NCBI GenBank assembly: GCA_963845535.1
Contig: CAWJSK010000019.1
Location: 288,001 to 352,000 of the forward strand
Reading direction: 5' to 3'
DNA length: 64,000 nucleotides
Source of the DNA: an uncultured Spirochaetota bacterium
GTDB taxonomy: Bacteria > Spirochaetota > Spirochaetia > SZUA-6 > Fen-1364
Position numbers and translations under genes: made by a program. The notes beneath the pieces are model-generated. The model was not told the DNA's origin. It searched no databases and saw only the letters and a program-made list of their open reading frames with translations. Shown piece after piece: positions 37,896-48,394 of the stretch (positions within the stretch are counted from its first letter, which is position 1; every line of letters begins with the position of its first letter).

Positions 37896-39098
37896 GTGAG
37901 CGCGCAAAAACCCAGCCGCAAGGCTCCCTTCGTCCCGTTCTTCCGACCTTCCCTCGGCGCTGAGGAGGAAGGGGCGGTCATCTCCGTGCTCAGGAGCGGC
38001 TGGCTCACCACGGGTGAAGTGGCGGCGCGATTCGAGCGCGAGTTTGCCGCCGTCACGGGCGCGCGCCATGCGCTGGCGGTCAACTCAGCCACCGCGGGGC
38101 TGCACCTGGCCCTCGAAGCACTTGGCGTCGGCAACGCGGACGCTGTCATCACCACGCCGTATACCTTCGCGGCAACCGCCGAAGTGATCCGCTACCTCGG
38201 GGCGGAGCCTCTTTTCGTGGATATCCAATCCGCTTCGATGAACATCGACCCTTCCGCGGTGGAGCAGGCCCTCGAGAAATGCAGGGCTGAGAATCGAAAG
38301 GTCTCGGCGATCCTTCCGGTCCACGTGGCGGGCCTGCCCTGCGACATGGGCGCGCTCACGGAGATTGCCCGCCGCTACGGCGTCCCCGTTGTGGAAGACG
38401 CGGCGCATGCGTTCCCCGTGCGCGTCGGCGGGCGATTTGTCGGCGCTCTTGGCGATGCCGGGGTGTACTCCTTTTATGCGACGAAGACCATGACGACAGG
38501 GGAAGGCGGGATGCTCGTCACCGACAGGGACGAGGTGGCGGCACGGGCGCGCGTTATGCGTCTGCACGGCATTGACCGCGACGTCTGGAACCGGTACACG
38601 TCGCAGAACGCCTCATGGAAGTACGACATCATCGCGCCCGGCTTCAAGTACAACTTGAGCGACATTGCGGCGGCCATAGGGCTGGCGCAGCTCGCCAAGG
38701 CGCAGGACTTCCTGCTTCAGCGCACCCGCATTGCCCGCCGTTACCGTGAGGCCCTTGCCGGCCTGGACTTTCTTGAGCCGCCTGCCGCAGCCGAGAACCA
38801 CGCCTGGCACCTTTTCATCATCCACGTCGTCCCCGACAAGCTCTCCGTTGACAGGGACGCCTTTGCGGAGGAGCTCATGCGCCGCGGGATTGGCATCTCA
38901 GTTCATTTCATCCCGCTGCACCTGATGAGCTACTACCGAAAGAGGTACGACCTGAAGCCTGAGAGCTTCCCGCGGGCGTTGGAGAGCTTCCGCACGTGCA
39001 TCAGCCTTCCCCTTTCACCCTCCCTCTCTGATGAGGAAGTGGAACGGGTGATCACGGCGGTGAAAGAGACGGGGCTCTCTCACCGCGTTCCACGCTAA
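37896..39098 (+). CDS. DegT/DnrJ/EryC1/StrS nucleotide-sugar aminotransferase
   Basis: NSATAGLHLAL, EDAAHA, SFYATKTMTTGEGG and GFKYNLSDIAAA. Confidence 0.92.
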   Translation: MSAQKPSRKAPFVPFFRPSLGAEEEGAVISVLRSGWLTTGEVAARFEREFAAVTGARHALAVNSATAGLHLALEALGVGNADAVITTPYTFAATAEVIRYLGAEPLFVDIQSASMNIDPSAVEQALEKCRAENRKVSAILPVHVAGLPCDMGALTEIARRYGVPVVEDAAHAFPVRVGGRFVGALGDAGVYSFYATKTMTTGEGGMLVTDRDEVAARARVMRLHGIDRDVWNRYTSQNASWKYDIIAPGFKYNLSDIAAAIGLAQLAKAQDFLLQRTRIARRYREALAGLDFLEPPAAAENHAWHLFIIHVVPDKLSVDRDAFAEELMRRGIGISVHFIPLHLMSYYRKRYDLKPESFPRALESFRTCISLPLSPSLSDEEVERVITAVKETGLSHRVPR

Positions 39099-40189
39099 CC
39101 TCCCAGGTTCTTGCTCTCCTTCTGAATGGCTTCGAGCTCCGCGGCGTTGTCCAGCACCTCGAAGTCGATGGTCATCGAATACTCGGCCTGGCCTTCGATC
39201 ATGGGAAGCATTCCCTTTTCCCGAAGCACTCCCCGGCCAAGCGGCAACGAATTGCCCGGCTCCAGACCCAGGACGTAGAATCCCTTTCGGACCATCTTCC
39301 ACTCCGTCAGATGGGGCAGCTCCTTGGCGTTCCAGCGCAGGACCATACCCAGGGGCTGGCCATCCCCGACGTCCGGGTTCAACAGGGCCACAAACGTCCT
39401 TCCGTGGTTGTCCGTCCCCAGGGAATGGAAGAAGACCTTCTCCTGGTAGCCTTGCACCGGCTCGGGGAAGCCGCGGCACTCCTCCACGCCCTTGTCTTTG
39501 CGCGCTTCCTCGTCTCGCGCCTCGGTCTTCTTGATGGGCCCGACGACCTTCGCCTTCGGTCCAAGAAGGGGAAATCCGAAGTTGAAATGATACAGCATGA
39601 CGAGCGGCTGCGGCTCGAACCCCCGGTTCAAGACCGTGTCCGTGATCCGAAACCCTTTTGCGCCAAGGCGGGTGTCTATCCTGCGCGTGAGCGTGAGGTT
39701 TTCCACCATGGCCTCCGCTTCCCGCATGGTTCCCTTGAGCCGAATGAGATATTCGTCACCCTCCCAGTCCTGGTCCACGCAAAGGTTCTCCGCGGCTGCG
39801 TTGGCCACCCTTCCGTGCAATCCGAACGGCTTGCCCTGGTCCACGCTCGGCGCGCCGGCGTTGGAAATCCCGCACGTGGTCAGGAGCCCCACGGAGAAGC
39901 TGCGCCGCCATTCGAGGCCGGGCTCCGCGTAGTATCCCGGCGCGGTGATTCCCGTGCCGGAAAAGAAAGAAATCGACTTTCCCTTGTACGATGCGAACGG
40001 GATGTCCATTCCGCGCCCGGGAAGCACGGTGAAGGAAAGGCCGCTTCCCGTCGTAACCTCGACGGCGCGCACGCCGTCCGCTTTTCCGTCCGTGAGCACC
40101 GCTCCGCGCGCGCCCGCGATCTGCAACGGGTCCCCCATGTAGGAGACCAGCTCCGCGCGCTTCCAGTTCCTGCCCGCATACCAGGCCAT
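39095..40189 (-). CDS. Aldose 1-epimerase-like (DUF4432) protein
   Basis: PGRGMDI, GLLTTCG, LHGR, MLYHFNFGFP and YVLGLEPG. Confidence 0.82.
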   Translation of the reverse strand: MAWYAGRNWKRAELVSYMGDPLQIAGARGAVLTDGKADGVRAVEVTTGSGLSFTVLPGRGMDIPFASYKGKSISFFSGTGITAPGYYAEPGLEWRRSFSVGLLTTCGISNAGAPSVDQGKPFGLHGRVANAAAENLCVDQDWEGDEYLIRLKGTMREAEAMVENLTLTRRIDTRLGAKGFRITDTVLNRGFEPQPLVMLYHFNFGFPLLGPKAKVVGPIKKTEARDEEARKDKGVEECRGFPEPVQGYQEKVFFHSLGTDNHGRTFVALLNPDVGDGQPLGMVLRWNAKELPHLTEWKMVRKGFYVLGLEPGNSLPLGRGVLREKGMLPMIEGQAEYSMTIDFEVLDNAAELEAIQKESKNLGG

Positions 40190-40235
40190 TTTCGCCCTCC
40201 TTTTCCGCTTCAGAATAGCACACACACGTTCCGTA

Positions 40236-40264
40236 TTTACATCTCACGGTGCCACAGATACTAT
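40236..40264 (+). promoter_or_regulatory. Putative sigma70 promoter of dnaE
   Basis: TTTACA-N17-TACTAT. Confidence 0.55.
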
Positions 40265-40286
40265 CTGCACTGAGGGGAACCATCTC

Positions 40287-43200
40287 GTGACGCCTTTCGT
40301 CCACCTGCATTGCCATTCCGACTTCTCGCTGCTCGACGGCGCCTCGTCCATCGACGCGCTCGTGGCCCGGGCCAGAGAGCTGGGCCAGACGCACCTTGCG
40401 CTGACCGATCATGGGAACATGTTCGGCGCCCTCGCGTTCTTCAAGGAATGCCGGAAGCAGGGGATCACGCCCATCATCGGGTCGGAGTTCTACAAGGCCC
40501 CCGGTTCGCGCCTGGAGAAGTCGGGAAGCGAAAAAGGCACGCGTCATAACCACCTGGTGCTGCTGGCTCGAAACGCCGCCGGGTACGCGAACCTTCTCCG
40601 TCTTTCCTCCCAGGGGTACACGGAAGGCTTCTATTACAAGCCGCGCATCGATGACGAGCTCCTGGAGCAGCACCACGAAGGGCTCATTGCGCTCAGCGCC
40701 TGCCTGGCTGGGGACATCCCCGCCGCCATCATGGACGGACGGCAGGCGGAGGCGCGAAGGCGGGCAGGGTATTACCGGGAGCTTTTCGGCCCAGACGGCT
40801 TCTACCTGGAGGTCCAGGACCATGGCATCCCCGAACAGAAGACCGTCAACCGGGAGATCGTGCGGATTTCCCATGAGACCGGCATCCCCCTCGTCGCGAC
40901 CAACGACATCCACTACACGAGCCGCGGCGACGCAAGGGCGCATGACGTCCTGATCTGCATCGGCACGGGCAAGAAGGTTTCCGAGGGGAAGCGGATGAAG
41001 TTCGAGCACCCGGAGTTCTACTTCAAGTCCGGGGACGAAATGGCCCAGGTGTTCGCGGAGCTGCCCGAGGCGGTTTCCAACACGGTGAAGATAGCGGCTG
41101 CGTGCGAGCTGGACATCAAGGCGCAGCGCCCCCAGTTCCCCGTGTATGAAGTGCCGGACGGCTACACGCCGGAGGGGTACCTCACGGAGCTTGCCCACAA
41201 GGGTCTTGCGGTGAGGTTTCCTTCGGTGCCGGCGGAAGCTTCCAAGCGCCTGGAGTACGAGCTTTCCATCATCACCTCCATGGGCTTCACCGGGTACTTC
41301 CTCATCGTGTGGGATTTCATCCATTACGCGAAGTCCAACGGGATTGCGGTGGGTCCCGGCCGCGGCTCGGGCGCAGGGTCCCTCGTCGCCTACAGTCTTC
41401 AGATCACGGACATCGACCCGCTGAAGTACGGACTCCTCTTCGAGCGCTTTTTGAACCCCGAACGCGTGTCCATGCCGGACTTCGACATCGACTTCTGCCA
41501 CCGCCGCCGGGACGAGGTGATCTCCTACGTGACGAAGAAGTACGGGGAGGACAAGGTGGGGCAGGTCATCACCTTCGGCACGCTGAAAGCGCGCGCCGTC
41601 ATTCGGGACGTGGCGCGCGTGCTCGACCTTCCCTATGACGAGGCTGACGCAATTGCCAAGCTGATCCCCGAGGGCCCCAAGATCGACCTGGACCAGGCGC
41701 TGAAGGAGAACCCGCGCCTGGAGGAAGTGGCGAAGAAGGGGGAGCAGTACAAGGAGCTGCTGGAGATCAGCCTCAAGCTCGAAGGTTTGCACCGCCATGC
41801 CTCCACGCATGCGGCCGGGATCGTCATTGGCAGGGAGCAGCTCACGAAATACGTGCCGCTGTACCGTGATCCCAAGACAGGGCTCGTCTCCACGCAGTTC
41901 ACCATGGATTTCCTGGAGGAGTGCGGGCTCATCAAGATGGATTTTCTCGGATTGAAGACGCTCACCGTGATCGAAGATGCGTTGAAGCTCGTGAACAAGA
42001 AGGGCGTCGCGCTGGAGCTGAAAAACATTCCGGAGGATGACCCGGCGACGTTTCGCATGTTCTGCGAGGGAAAGAGCACCGGGGCGTTCCAGTTCGAAAG
42101 CTCGGGAATGCAGGGCGTTCTCAAGAAGGCGAAGCCCGGCAAGATCGAAGACCTGATCGCCCTCAACGCGCTGTACCGGCCCGGCCCCATGGAACACCTC
42201 GACGAGTACGTGGAGAACAAGTCCGGGAAAAAGAAGATCGTGTACCCGCTTCCTGCCCTCGAGCCGCTCCTCAAGGAGACCTACGGCGTCCCCGTCTACC
42301 AGGAGCAGGTCATGCAGATCGCCCAGGTCGTGGCTGGGTTCACGCTGGGGCAGGCGGACATCCTGCGCAGGGCCATGGGGAAGAAGAAGCCTGAGGAAGC
42401 GCTCAAGATGAAGCCCAAGTTCATCGCCGGCGCTCGGGAAAAAGGATACGATCAGAAGGTCGCGGAGAGCATCTTCGAGCTGCTGTTCGCCTTCACGGGA
42501 TACGGTTTCAACAAGAGCCATTCCGCCGCCTACGCCATCCCCGCGTACCACACCATCTACCTCAAGGCCAACCATCCCGCGGAGTTCCTTGCAGCCAACT
42601 GCACCAACGACATGTCTGACACGGACAGGCTGGCCCAGCTCATTCATGAGGCGCGGGAGATGGGGATCGCCGTGCTCCCACCGGATGTGAACCTCTCCCA
42701 GAAAGAGTTCACCGTGGAGGACGGCAAGATCGTCTTCGGCCTTCTGGGGATCAAGAACGTCGGGGAAGGGGCGGTGGATGCCATCATCGCGGAAAGGGAG
42801 GCGAACGGGAAGTTTGGCAGCTTCGTGGATTTCTTCGACAGGATCGACTCCCATGAGGTGAACAGGAAGGTCGCGGAGAGCCTCATCATCACGGGGGCGT
42901 TCGACAGCGTCGGAGAGACGCGCGCCACGCTCATGCACGAGGTGCAGAGGGTGATGGAAGCCTCCGTAAAGAACCGTGAGGCCCGCCGCTACGGCCAGGC
43001 CTCCCTGTTCGACGGCCCGTCGGCCCGGGCAGCAGCGGCCGTCGTGCTGGAAAAGCAGCCCGAGTACCCTCCCGCCGAGCTGCTGCAATACGAGAAGCAG
43101 AACCTCGGGTTCTTCTTCAGCGGGCATCCGCTTGACCCGTATCGCCAGATCATCGAGCGGGCGGCGAGCGTGGACCTGGCAAAAAAGGACAGCCTGCCCA

Positions 43201-43706
43201 ACGAACGCTCCTGCGCCCTGATCGGGATCCTGCGGGACGTGCGCGAGATACGGACTCGAAACGGCCGCTCCATGGCGTTCGCCCAGGTGGAGGACCTCCG
43301 CGGGTCGATTGAACTTATCATCTTTTCCGATATATATGATGCAAGGCGGGCACTGATTGCCAACGACAAAGTCGTGGGCATCCTGGGCAAGATCGACACG
43401 ACGAGGGGGGACCCGAAAGTGAAAGTGGATGACATCATGGAGCCGAACGCGCTTCCCCAGAGAGCCGCGCAGGCCGTGCACGTGAGACTCAGGGACGAAG
43501 TGGGCACTGAGGAGAGCTTGCACAGCATGCGCGAGTATCTCCTGGACCGGCGTGGATCGTGCTCCCTCTACTTTCACCTGCGCGGAGGCAACGGCGGCTC
43601 GGAGGTTGTCGTCCAGGCTTCCTCGCAGATCCAGGTCGCGGATTCCCCCGACGTGCTGGACCACATCCGCGAGTTCCCGCAGGTGGCGGATGTATGGAAA
43701 GAGTAA
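40287..43706 (+). CDS. dnaE: DNA polymerase III alpha subunit
   Basis: PHP HLHCHS...TDHG, GPGRGSGAGS, PDFDIDF, KMDFLGL, YGFNKSHS and OB fold; no intein. Confidence 0.98.
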   Translation: MTPFVHLHCHSDFSLLDGASSIDALVARARELGQTHLALTDHGNMFGALAFFKECRKQGITPIIGSEFYKAPGSRLEKSGSEKGTRHNHLVLLARNAAGYANLLRLSSQGYTEGFYYKPRIDDELLEQHHEGLIALSACLAGDIPAAIMDGRQAEARRRAGYYRELFGPDGFYLEVQDHGIPEQKTVNREIVRISHETGIPLVATNDIHYTSRGDARAHDVLICIGTGKKVSEGKRMKFEHPEFYFKSGDEMAQVFAELPEAVSNTVKIAAACELDIKAQRPQFPVYEVPDGYTPEGYLTELAHKGLAVRFPSVPAEASKRLEYELSIITSMGFTGYFLIVWDFIHYAKSNGIAVGPGRGSGAGSLVAYSLQITDIDPLKYGLLFERFLNPERVSMPDFDIDFCHRRRDEVISYVTKKYGEDKVGQVITFGTLKARAVIRDVARVLDLPYDEADAIAKLIPEGPKIDLDQALKENPRLEEVAKKGEQYKELLEISLKLEGLHRHASTHAAGIVIGREQLTKYVPLYRDPKTGLVSTQFTMDFLEECGLIKMDFLGLKTLTVIEDALKLVNKKGVALELKNIPEDDPATFRMFCEGKSTGAFQFESSGMQGVLKKAKPGKIEDLIALNALYRPGPMEHLDEYVENKSGKKKIVYPLPALEPLLKETYGVPVYQEQVMQIAQVVAGFTLGQADILRRAMGKKKPEEALKMKPKFIAGAREKGYDQKVAESIFELLFAFTGYGFNKSHSAAYAIPAYHTIYLKANHPAEFLAANCTNDMSDTDRLAQLIHEAREMGIAVLPPDVNLSQKEFTVEDGKIVFGLLGIKNVGEGAVDAIIAEREANGKFGSFVDFFDRIDSHEVNRKVAESLIITGAFDSVGETRATLMHEVQRVMEASVKNREARRYGQASLFDGPSARAAAAVVLEKQPEYPPAELLQYEKQNLGFFFSGHPLDPYRQIIERAASVDLAKKDSLPNERSCALIGILRDVREIRTRNGRSMAFAQVEDLRGSIELIIFSDIYDARRALIANDKVVGILGKIDTTRGDPKVKVDDIMEPNALPQRAAQAVHVRLRDEVGTEESLHSMREYLLDRRGSCSLYFHLRGGNGGSEVVVQASSQIQVADSPDVLDHIREFPQVADVWKE

Positions 43707-44998
43707 GGATCGGGATTGTCGGGTTCGGCACAGTCGGGCAGAGCTTTTACAACCTGCTCACCTGCAACGCCGGTGAGTTCGCGCAGCGCCTCGGCGTGAC
43801 CGTGGAAGTCCCGTATGTCGGTGTGCGTGACCTTTCCAAGCCGCGCCCTGTGGGCCCGGGCACCCGTCTGGTCACGGGATGGCAGGAGATGCTTTCCGAC
43901 CCGTCGCTTCCGATCATTGTGGAGCTCGTAGGAGGCATTGACGTCCCCCTCGCCCTCATCCGTGACGCGCTCACCCGCGGGAAGCACGTCATCACGGCGA
44001 ACAAGGCGCTCATCTCGGCGCACGGCCAGGAGCTTTTCGAGCTTGCGAGCAAGAACGGCGTCGAGCTGAAGTTCGAGGGGGCCGTGTGCGGCGGAATCCC
44101 CATCATCAAGGTGCTGCGGGAAAGCCTGATGGGCAACCGCGTCAGGAGCCTCATCGGCATCGTCAACGGCACCACGAACTACATCCTCACGCGCATGACG
44201 GAGGGCAAGCTTTCCTTCGAGGATGCATTGGCGCTGGCGCAGAAGCTCGGCTTCGCGGAGGCCGACCCGACGCTGGACATTGGCGGAAAGGACGCCGCGC
44301 AGAAGATCGGGATCCTCGCCAGCCTGGCGTTCGGGTGCTGGGTGGACCCTGATGACGTCCTCTGTGAGGGGATCACGGACGTCACTCCACGGGACATCGA
44401 GTTCTGCCTCCAGAGCGGGTTCATTTTCAAGCTCATAGCGCGGGCCCAGCTTCTTGACGGCAAGCCGCTGGTCACCGTGTTTCCCATGCTCGTCCCGGGG
44501 AACCATCCCCTGGCCTCGGTGCGCAACGAGTTCAACGCGGTCCTGATAGACTCGGACTTCCTGGGCCCCTCAGTCTACGAAGGCAGGGGAGCCGGCGGGA
44601 AGCCCACTGCCTCCTCGGTTGCCTCGGACCTTGGGGACCTTCTGAAGTCCATCCTTTCAAAGCACGTTGCCAGGCGCAAGGCATCGTTGCCGAAGGCTGA
44701 CCCGTATCCAGCGGGGAAGATGAGCTGCCGGTACTACTTCCATTTCGTCACCGCCAACAGGCCCGGCATCTGGGCCCTTGTGACGGGGATCTGCGCTGAG
44801 GACGGTATCAACATCGAGAGCGTGCACCAGAAATGGGAGGACAAGTCCAAGCCCTCGGACCTCTACGTCCTGGTGGATGAGGCGGAGGAGGCCCCGGTGC
44901 GGCGGGCGTTCGCGCGCATTGTCGCTTCCGACGGGATTTTCCCGCAGTCCCATTATTTCCGGGTCCTTCCGGGACCCGCGGAGGGGGGGCCGTCATGA
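43694..44998 (+). CDS. hom: Homoserine dehydrogenase with C-terminal ACT-like domain
   Basis: GFGTVG, VELVGG, TANK, GGIPII, NGTTNYIL, AEADPT and GAGGKPTAS. Confidence 0.93.
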   Translation: MERVRIGIVGFGTVGQSFYNLLTCNAGEFAQRLGVTVEVPYVGVRDLSKPRPVGPGTRLVTGWQEMLSDPSLPIIVELVGGIDVPLALIRDALTRGKHVITANKALISAHGQELFELASKNGVELKFEGAVCGGIPIIKVLRESLMGNRVRSLIGIVNGTTNYILTRMTEGKLSFEDALALAQKLGFAEADPTLDIGGKDAAQKIGILASLAFGCWVDPDDVLCEGITDVTPRDIEFCLQSGFIFKLIARAQLLDGKPLVTVFPMLVPGNHPLASVRNEFNAVLIDSDFLGPSVYEGRGAGGKPTASSVASDLGDLLKSILSKHVARRKASLPKADPYPAGKMSCRYYFHFVTANRPGIWALVTGICAEDGINIESVHQKWEDKSKPSDLYVLVDEAEEAPVRRAFARIVASDGIFPQSHYFRVLPGPAEGGPS

Positions 44999-45660
44999 TC
45001 GACCTGCACACGCATACGTTCCTCAGCGACGGCGAGCTTGGTCCCGCGGAGCTGGTGAGGCGCGCGGAGAACGCGGGGTACAGAGCCATCGGGATCTCCG
45101 ACCACGCGGATGCCTCCAACCTGGACGACATCATCTCCGCGCTCGTGCGCTTTGCCCGGGAGACCCAGCCTTTCATGAAAATCAGGATCATCCCCGGCAT
45201 CGAGCTGACCCACGTGCCGCCGGGCCAGATCAGCGGCCTGGTCAAGCGCGCCCGGCAGCTTGGGGTCCGTCTTGTCGTGCTGCATGGGGAGACGATCTGC
45301 GAACCGGTGGCGCTGGGGACCAACCGCGCGGGGATCGAGGCCGGCGTGGACGTGCTTGCCCACCCCGGGCTCATCTCCGAGGAAGAGGTGCGCATGGCCG
45401 CGGCCAACGGCGTGCACCTCGAGGTCAGCGCCCGGCTGTCCCACGGCATGGGCAACGGCAGGTTGGTGAGCCTGGCGCGCGAGGTCGGCGCCCCTCTCGT
45501 GCTGGATTCTGACGCGCATGCCCCGGGGGATCTCATGAGCCCGGACTGGCGGGAGCGGGTGGCATTCGGCTCCGGTCTCACGGCGGATGAGCTTGACAGG
45601 ATCAACAAGACCATGATCTCACTGGTGGAGAAGCTGATGCCGTCGACATTTTTCACGTAA
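44995..45660 (+). CDS. PHP-domain phosphoesterase (histidinol-phosphatase-like)
   Basis: DLHTHT, SDH, ELTHVPP, HGET, AHPG and SDAH. Confidence 0.88.
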   Translation: MIDLHTHTFLSDGELGPAELVRRAENAGYRAIGISDHADASNLDDIISALVRFARETQPFMKIRIIPGIELTHVPPGQISGLVKRARQLGVRLVVLHGETICEPVALGTNRAGIEAGVDVLAHPGLISEEEVRMAAANGVHLEVSARLSHGMGNGRLVSLAREVGAPLVLDSDAHAPGDLMSPDWRERVAFGSGLTADELDRINKTMISLVEKLMPSTFFT

Positions 45661-45679
45661 GGTCCTAGGAGGTCGCACC

Positions 45680-46264
45680 GTGCAGATTCTGCAAATTGTG
45701 TACGCAATCATAATCGTGTACGTTCTCGTGCTCTCGCTTCGCATCATCCTTGGATGGTTCGTGCCCCAGACCCTCGGGAGAGCGTGGGAAATCCTGGCGA
45801 AGATCACGGACCCCTACCTCGACATCTTCCGTCGCATCCGCTTCCTGCGCGGCGGGGTGTTCGATTTCAGCCCCATTGCGGCGGTGCTCGTGCTGGTCCT
45901 TGCCGCCGACCTCATTGGGCAGCTCGTGAATTGGGGAAGAATAACGGTTGGTTTCTTCCTGGCTTCCGCGTTTGCCGCGGCGTGGTCAGGTGCCCGTTTC
46001 CTCCTCATCCTGTTCCTGATTGTCGCCGTCCTGCGCGTCATCCCGCTGTTTTTCCGAGGAACGGCCGGCGCGGGGATCTGGCGTGTGGTGGACCTCCTCA
46101 TCCAGCCGGTCGTGGCGTGGGTCATGAGGGTGTTCCGTCTCGGGGGCAAGACTGGATACACGCAATACCTTATCCTCACCATTGGCCTCCTGTTCGTCTC
46201 GTGGCTCGTGGGTGAGTTCCTCGTGCGGCAGATCGTCTACGGACTCTCCCTCCTGCCGTTCTGA
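45680..46264 (+). CDS. YggT-family membrane protein
   Basis: RIILGW...KITDPYL.IFRRI...FDFSPI. Confidence 0.85.
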   Translation: MQILQIVYAIIIVYVLVLSLRIILGWFVPQTLGRAWEILAKITDPYLDIFRRIRFLRGGVFDFSPIAAVLVLVLAADLIGQLVNWGRITVGFFLASAFAAAWSGARFLLILFLIVAVLRVIPLFFRGTAGAGIWRVVDLLIQPVVAWVMRVFRLGGKTGYTQYLILTIGLLFVSWLVGEFLVRQIVYGLSLLPF

Positions 46265-46297
46265 GCGCAGGGGCTCGCAGGAACGCAGGGGACCGCC

Positions 46298-48394
46298 GTG
46301 TACCTCTGGGAGCTCACATGGGAGGCGTCCTCGGTCCGAGGCGTCGGGCCGGCCGCGGCGGCGCGCCTGGAGCGCCTCGGGGTCGTGACCGTGCGTGACC
46401 TCCTCCTGCTCCTGCCGCGCGGGTACGAGGACAGGACGGCGGTCGTTCCCCTTTCGAAGGCCGCCTCCGAGCAAAAAGTGGCAGTGGTGGCGACGGTCTC
46501 TTCCATCATGGACATCGGGTGGGCCGGGCGCGGCAAGGCAAGAACCCCCAAGGCAATTGTGACGGACGACACGGCGGAGGCGGCCCTCGTCTGTTTCGGC
46601 AGGCCTTTCCTCAGGTCAACGCTGGAGCCGGGGAAAAAGTTCTTCATCTGGGGCCATTTCCAGCTTCGCGCGGGGGAGCTCTCCTGCGCGGACTTCGAGC
46701 TGGAACCGTGGACGGAGAGCCCGATCTCTTTCGGCAGGATCCTCCCCGTCTACCCTTTGAGCGAAGGTCTGACGCAGGCCGGCATCAGGAAAATCGTCCG
46801 TGCCGCGCTGGATGAGGCGCTTGCTGAGATCGAACCGGGGCTCCCTGAGAACGTTCGGCGCTCGCGCGGGCTGCCTCCCCTGCGGGAGGCGCTACGCGGG
46901 GTCCACTTCCCGTCAAGCATGGAGCAAGCGGAAAGCTCGCGCGCAGCCTTCGCGTACGAGGAGCTTTTTTTCTTCGAGATGGGAGTGCTTCGACGCGCGC
47001 GTGCCCTGGCCTCTCCGCGGCCGCGCCCCCGCGTCCGCAAGCCCGACCTGCGCGACGCTCTCCTGGCCAGACTTGCTTTCAACCTGACGAAGGACCAGGA
47101 GAGCGTGGTTGCCGAAATCGACGCGGACCTTTTTTCCGCGGCGCCCATGGCACGGCTGCTGCAAGGGGACGTGGGCTGCGGGAAGACCCTGGTTGCTCTG
47201 CTGTCAGCCCTGCTCGTGGTGGGCTCGGGCGAGCAGGTTGCTTTTGTCGCTCCCACGGAGCTGCTTGCCCGTCAGCACGCGGAAAGCGCCGCCCGGCTGG
47301 TGGAGCCCCTGGGGGTGAGGATTGCGTTCCTTTCCGGGACCGTGGCAGGTGAGCCGCGGGCGCTCCTGCTTCGCGCCCTTGCCGCAGGAGAGATCGACAT
47401 CCTGTTCGGCACGCACGCGCTTTTCTCTGAGGACGTGGCCTATCGGGGGCTCGGCCTCGTCATCATCGACGAACAGCACAAGTTCGGCGTCCTGCAGCGC
47501 CAGGCTCTCATGAGAAAAGGGGAGTCCCCCGACCTCCTGCTCATGACCGCGACTCCCATTCCGCGCACGCTTGCCCTCACGGCTTTCGGAGACCTGGAGG
47601 TGTCCACCATCCGCACCATGCCTCCCGGGCGTCGTCCCGTCATGACGCATCTTGCCCGGGAAGGAAACGAAGAGAAAGTCTACGCCTGGGTTCGCCGGGA
47701 GCTGGAGAAGGGCAGGCAGGCGTATTTCGTCTACCCGCTGATCGGGGAGTCTGAGGCATTGGCCGTGAAGGATGCCGAAACCGCTTTCCGGAAGCTCGCC
47801 ACGGACGTGTACCCTGGCTTCCCGGTTGCGCTCGTGCATTCCCGCGTCGACGCGGATGAGACGGAAAAAACGATGGCAGCCTTTGCGGCCCGAAAGATTT
47901 CCGTCCTGGTGGCGACGAGCGTCGTGGAGGTGGGAGTAGACGTCCCTAACGCCAGTTGCATGGTGGTGGAGCATGCTGAGCGTTTCGGACTGTCCACGCT
48001 CCACCAGCTTCGCGGCCGGGTGGGACGGGGAGGTGAGCAGTCATATGCCTTCCTTGTGTACGGCAAGAAGCTCACGGAAGAAGGGATCCAGCGCCTGAAG
48101 ATCATGAAGGAGACGACGGACGGCTTCCGCATAGCGGAGGAGGACATGCGCCTTCGGGGGCCGGGGGAGCTTCTGGGCATCCGCCAGAGCGGCTTCCTGA
48201 GCTTCCGCGCCGCGGACCTGATGGTCCACTCCGCTTTGCTGCTCGGCGCGCGGGAGGATGCCGCCAAGGTGCTCCGGGAGGACCCCGGTTTTCTCGAGCC
48301 GGACAACGTAGCCATCGGCCGCATGCTCGCGCTCGGCGCGTGGGGGACCGGTGCGCCGGATGCGCAGGGCCGAGTGATGGAGACCGCCCCGTGA
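46298..48394 (+). CDS. recG: ATP-dependent DNA helicase RecG
   Basis: LLQGDVGCGKT, DEQHKFG, MTATPIPRT, QLRGRVGR and DMRLRGPGE. Confidence 0.96.
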   Translation: MYLWELTWEASSVRGVGPAAAARLERLGVVTVRDLLLLLPRGYEDRTAVVPLSKAASEQKVAVVATVSSIMDIGWAGRGKARTPKAIVTDDTAEAALVCFGRPFLRSTLEPGKKFFIWGHFQLRAGELSCADFELEPWTESPISFGRILPVYPLSEGLTQAGIRKIVRAALDEALAEIEPGLPENVRRSRGLPPLREALRGVHFPSSMEQAESSRAAFAYEELFFFEMGVLRRARALASPRPRPRVRKPDLRDALLARLAFNLTKDQESVVAEIDADLFSAAPMARLLQGDVGCGKTLVALLSALLVVGSGEQVAFVAPTELLARQHAESAARLVEPLGVRIAFLSGTVAGEPRALLLRALAAGEIDILFGTHALFSEDVAYRGLGLVIIDEQHKFGVLQRQALMRKGESPDLLLMTATPIPRTLALTAFGDLEVSTIRTMPPGRRPVMTHLAREGNEEKVYAWVRRELEKGRQAYFVYPLIGESEALAVKDAETAFRKLATDVYPGFPVALVHSRVDADETEKTMAAFAARKISVLVATSVVEVGVDVPNASCMVVEHAERFGLSTLHQLRGRVGRGGEQSYAFLVYGKKLTEEGIQRLKIMKETTDGFRIAEEDMRLRGPGELLGIRQSGFLSFRAADLMVHSALLLGAREDAAKVLREDPGFLEPDNVAIGRMLALGAWGTGAPDAQGRVMETAP

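Noticed and set aside
39756..43664. 1302-aa minus-strand ORF, and similar long antisense ORFs over rpoB, rpoC, fusA, rplA and ABC genes
   Set aside because: Shadow frames of strongly GC3-biased genes; no recognisable domains
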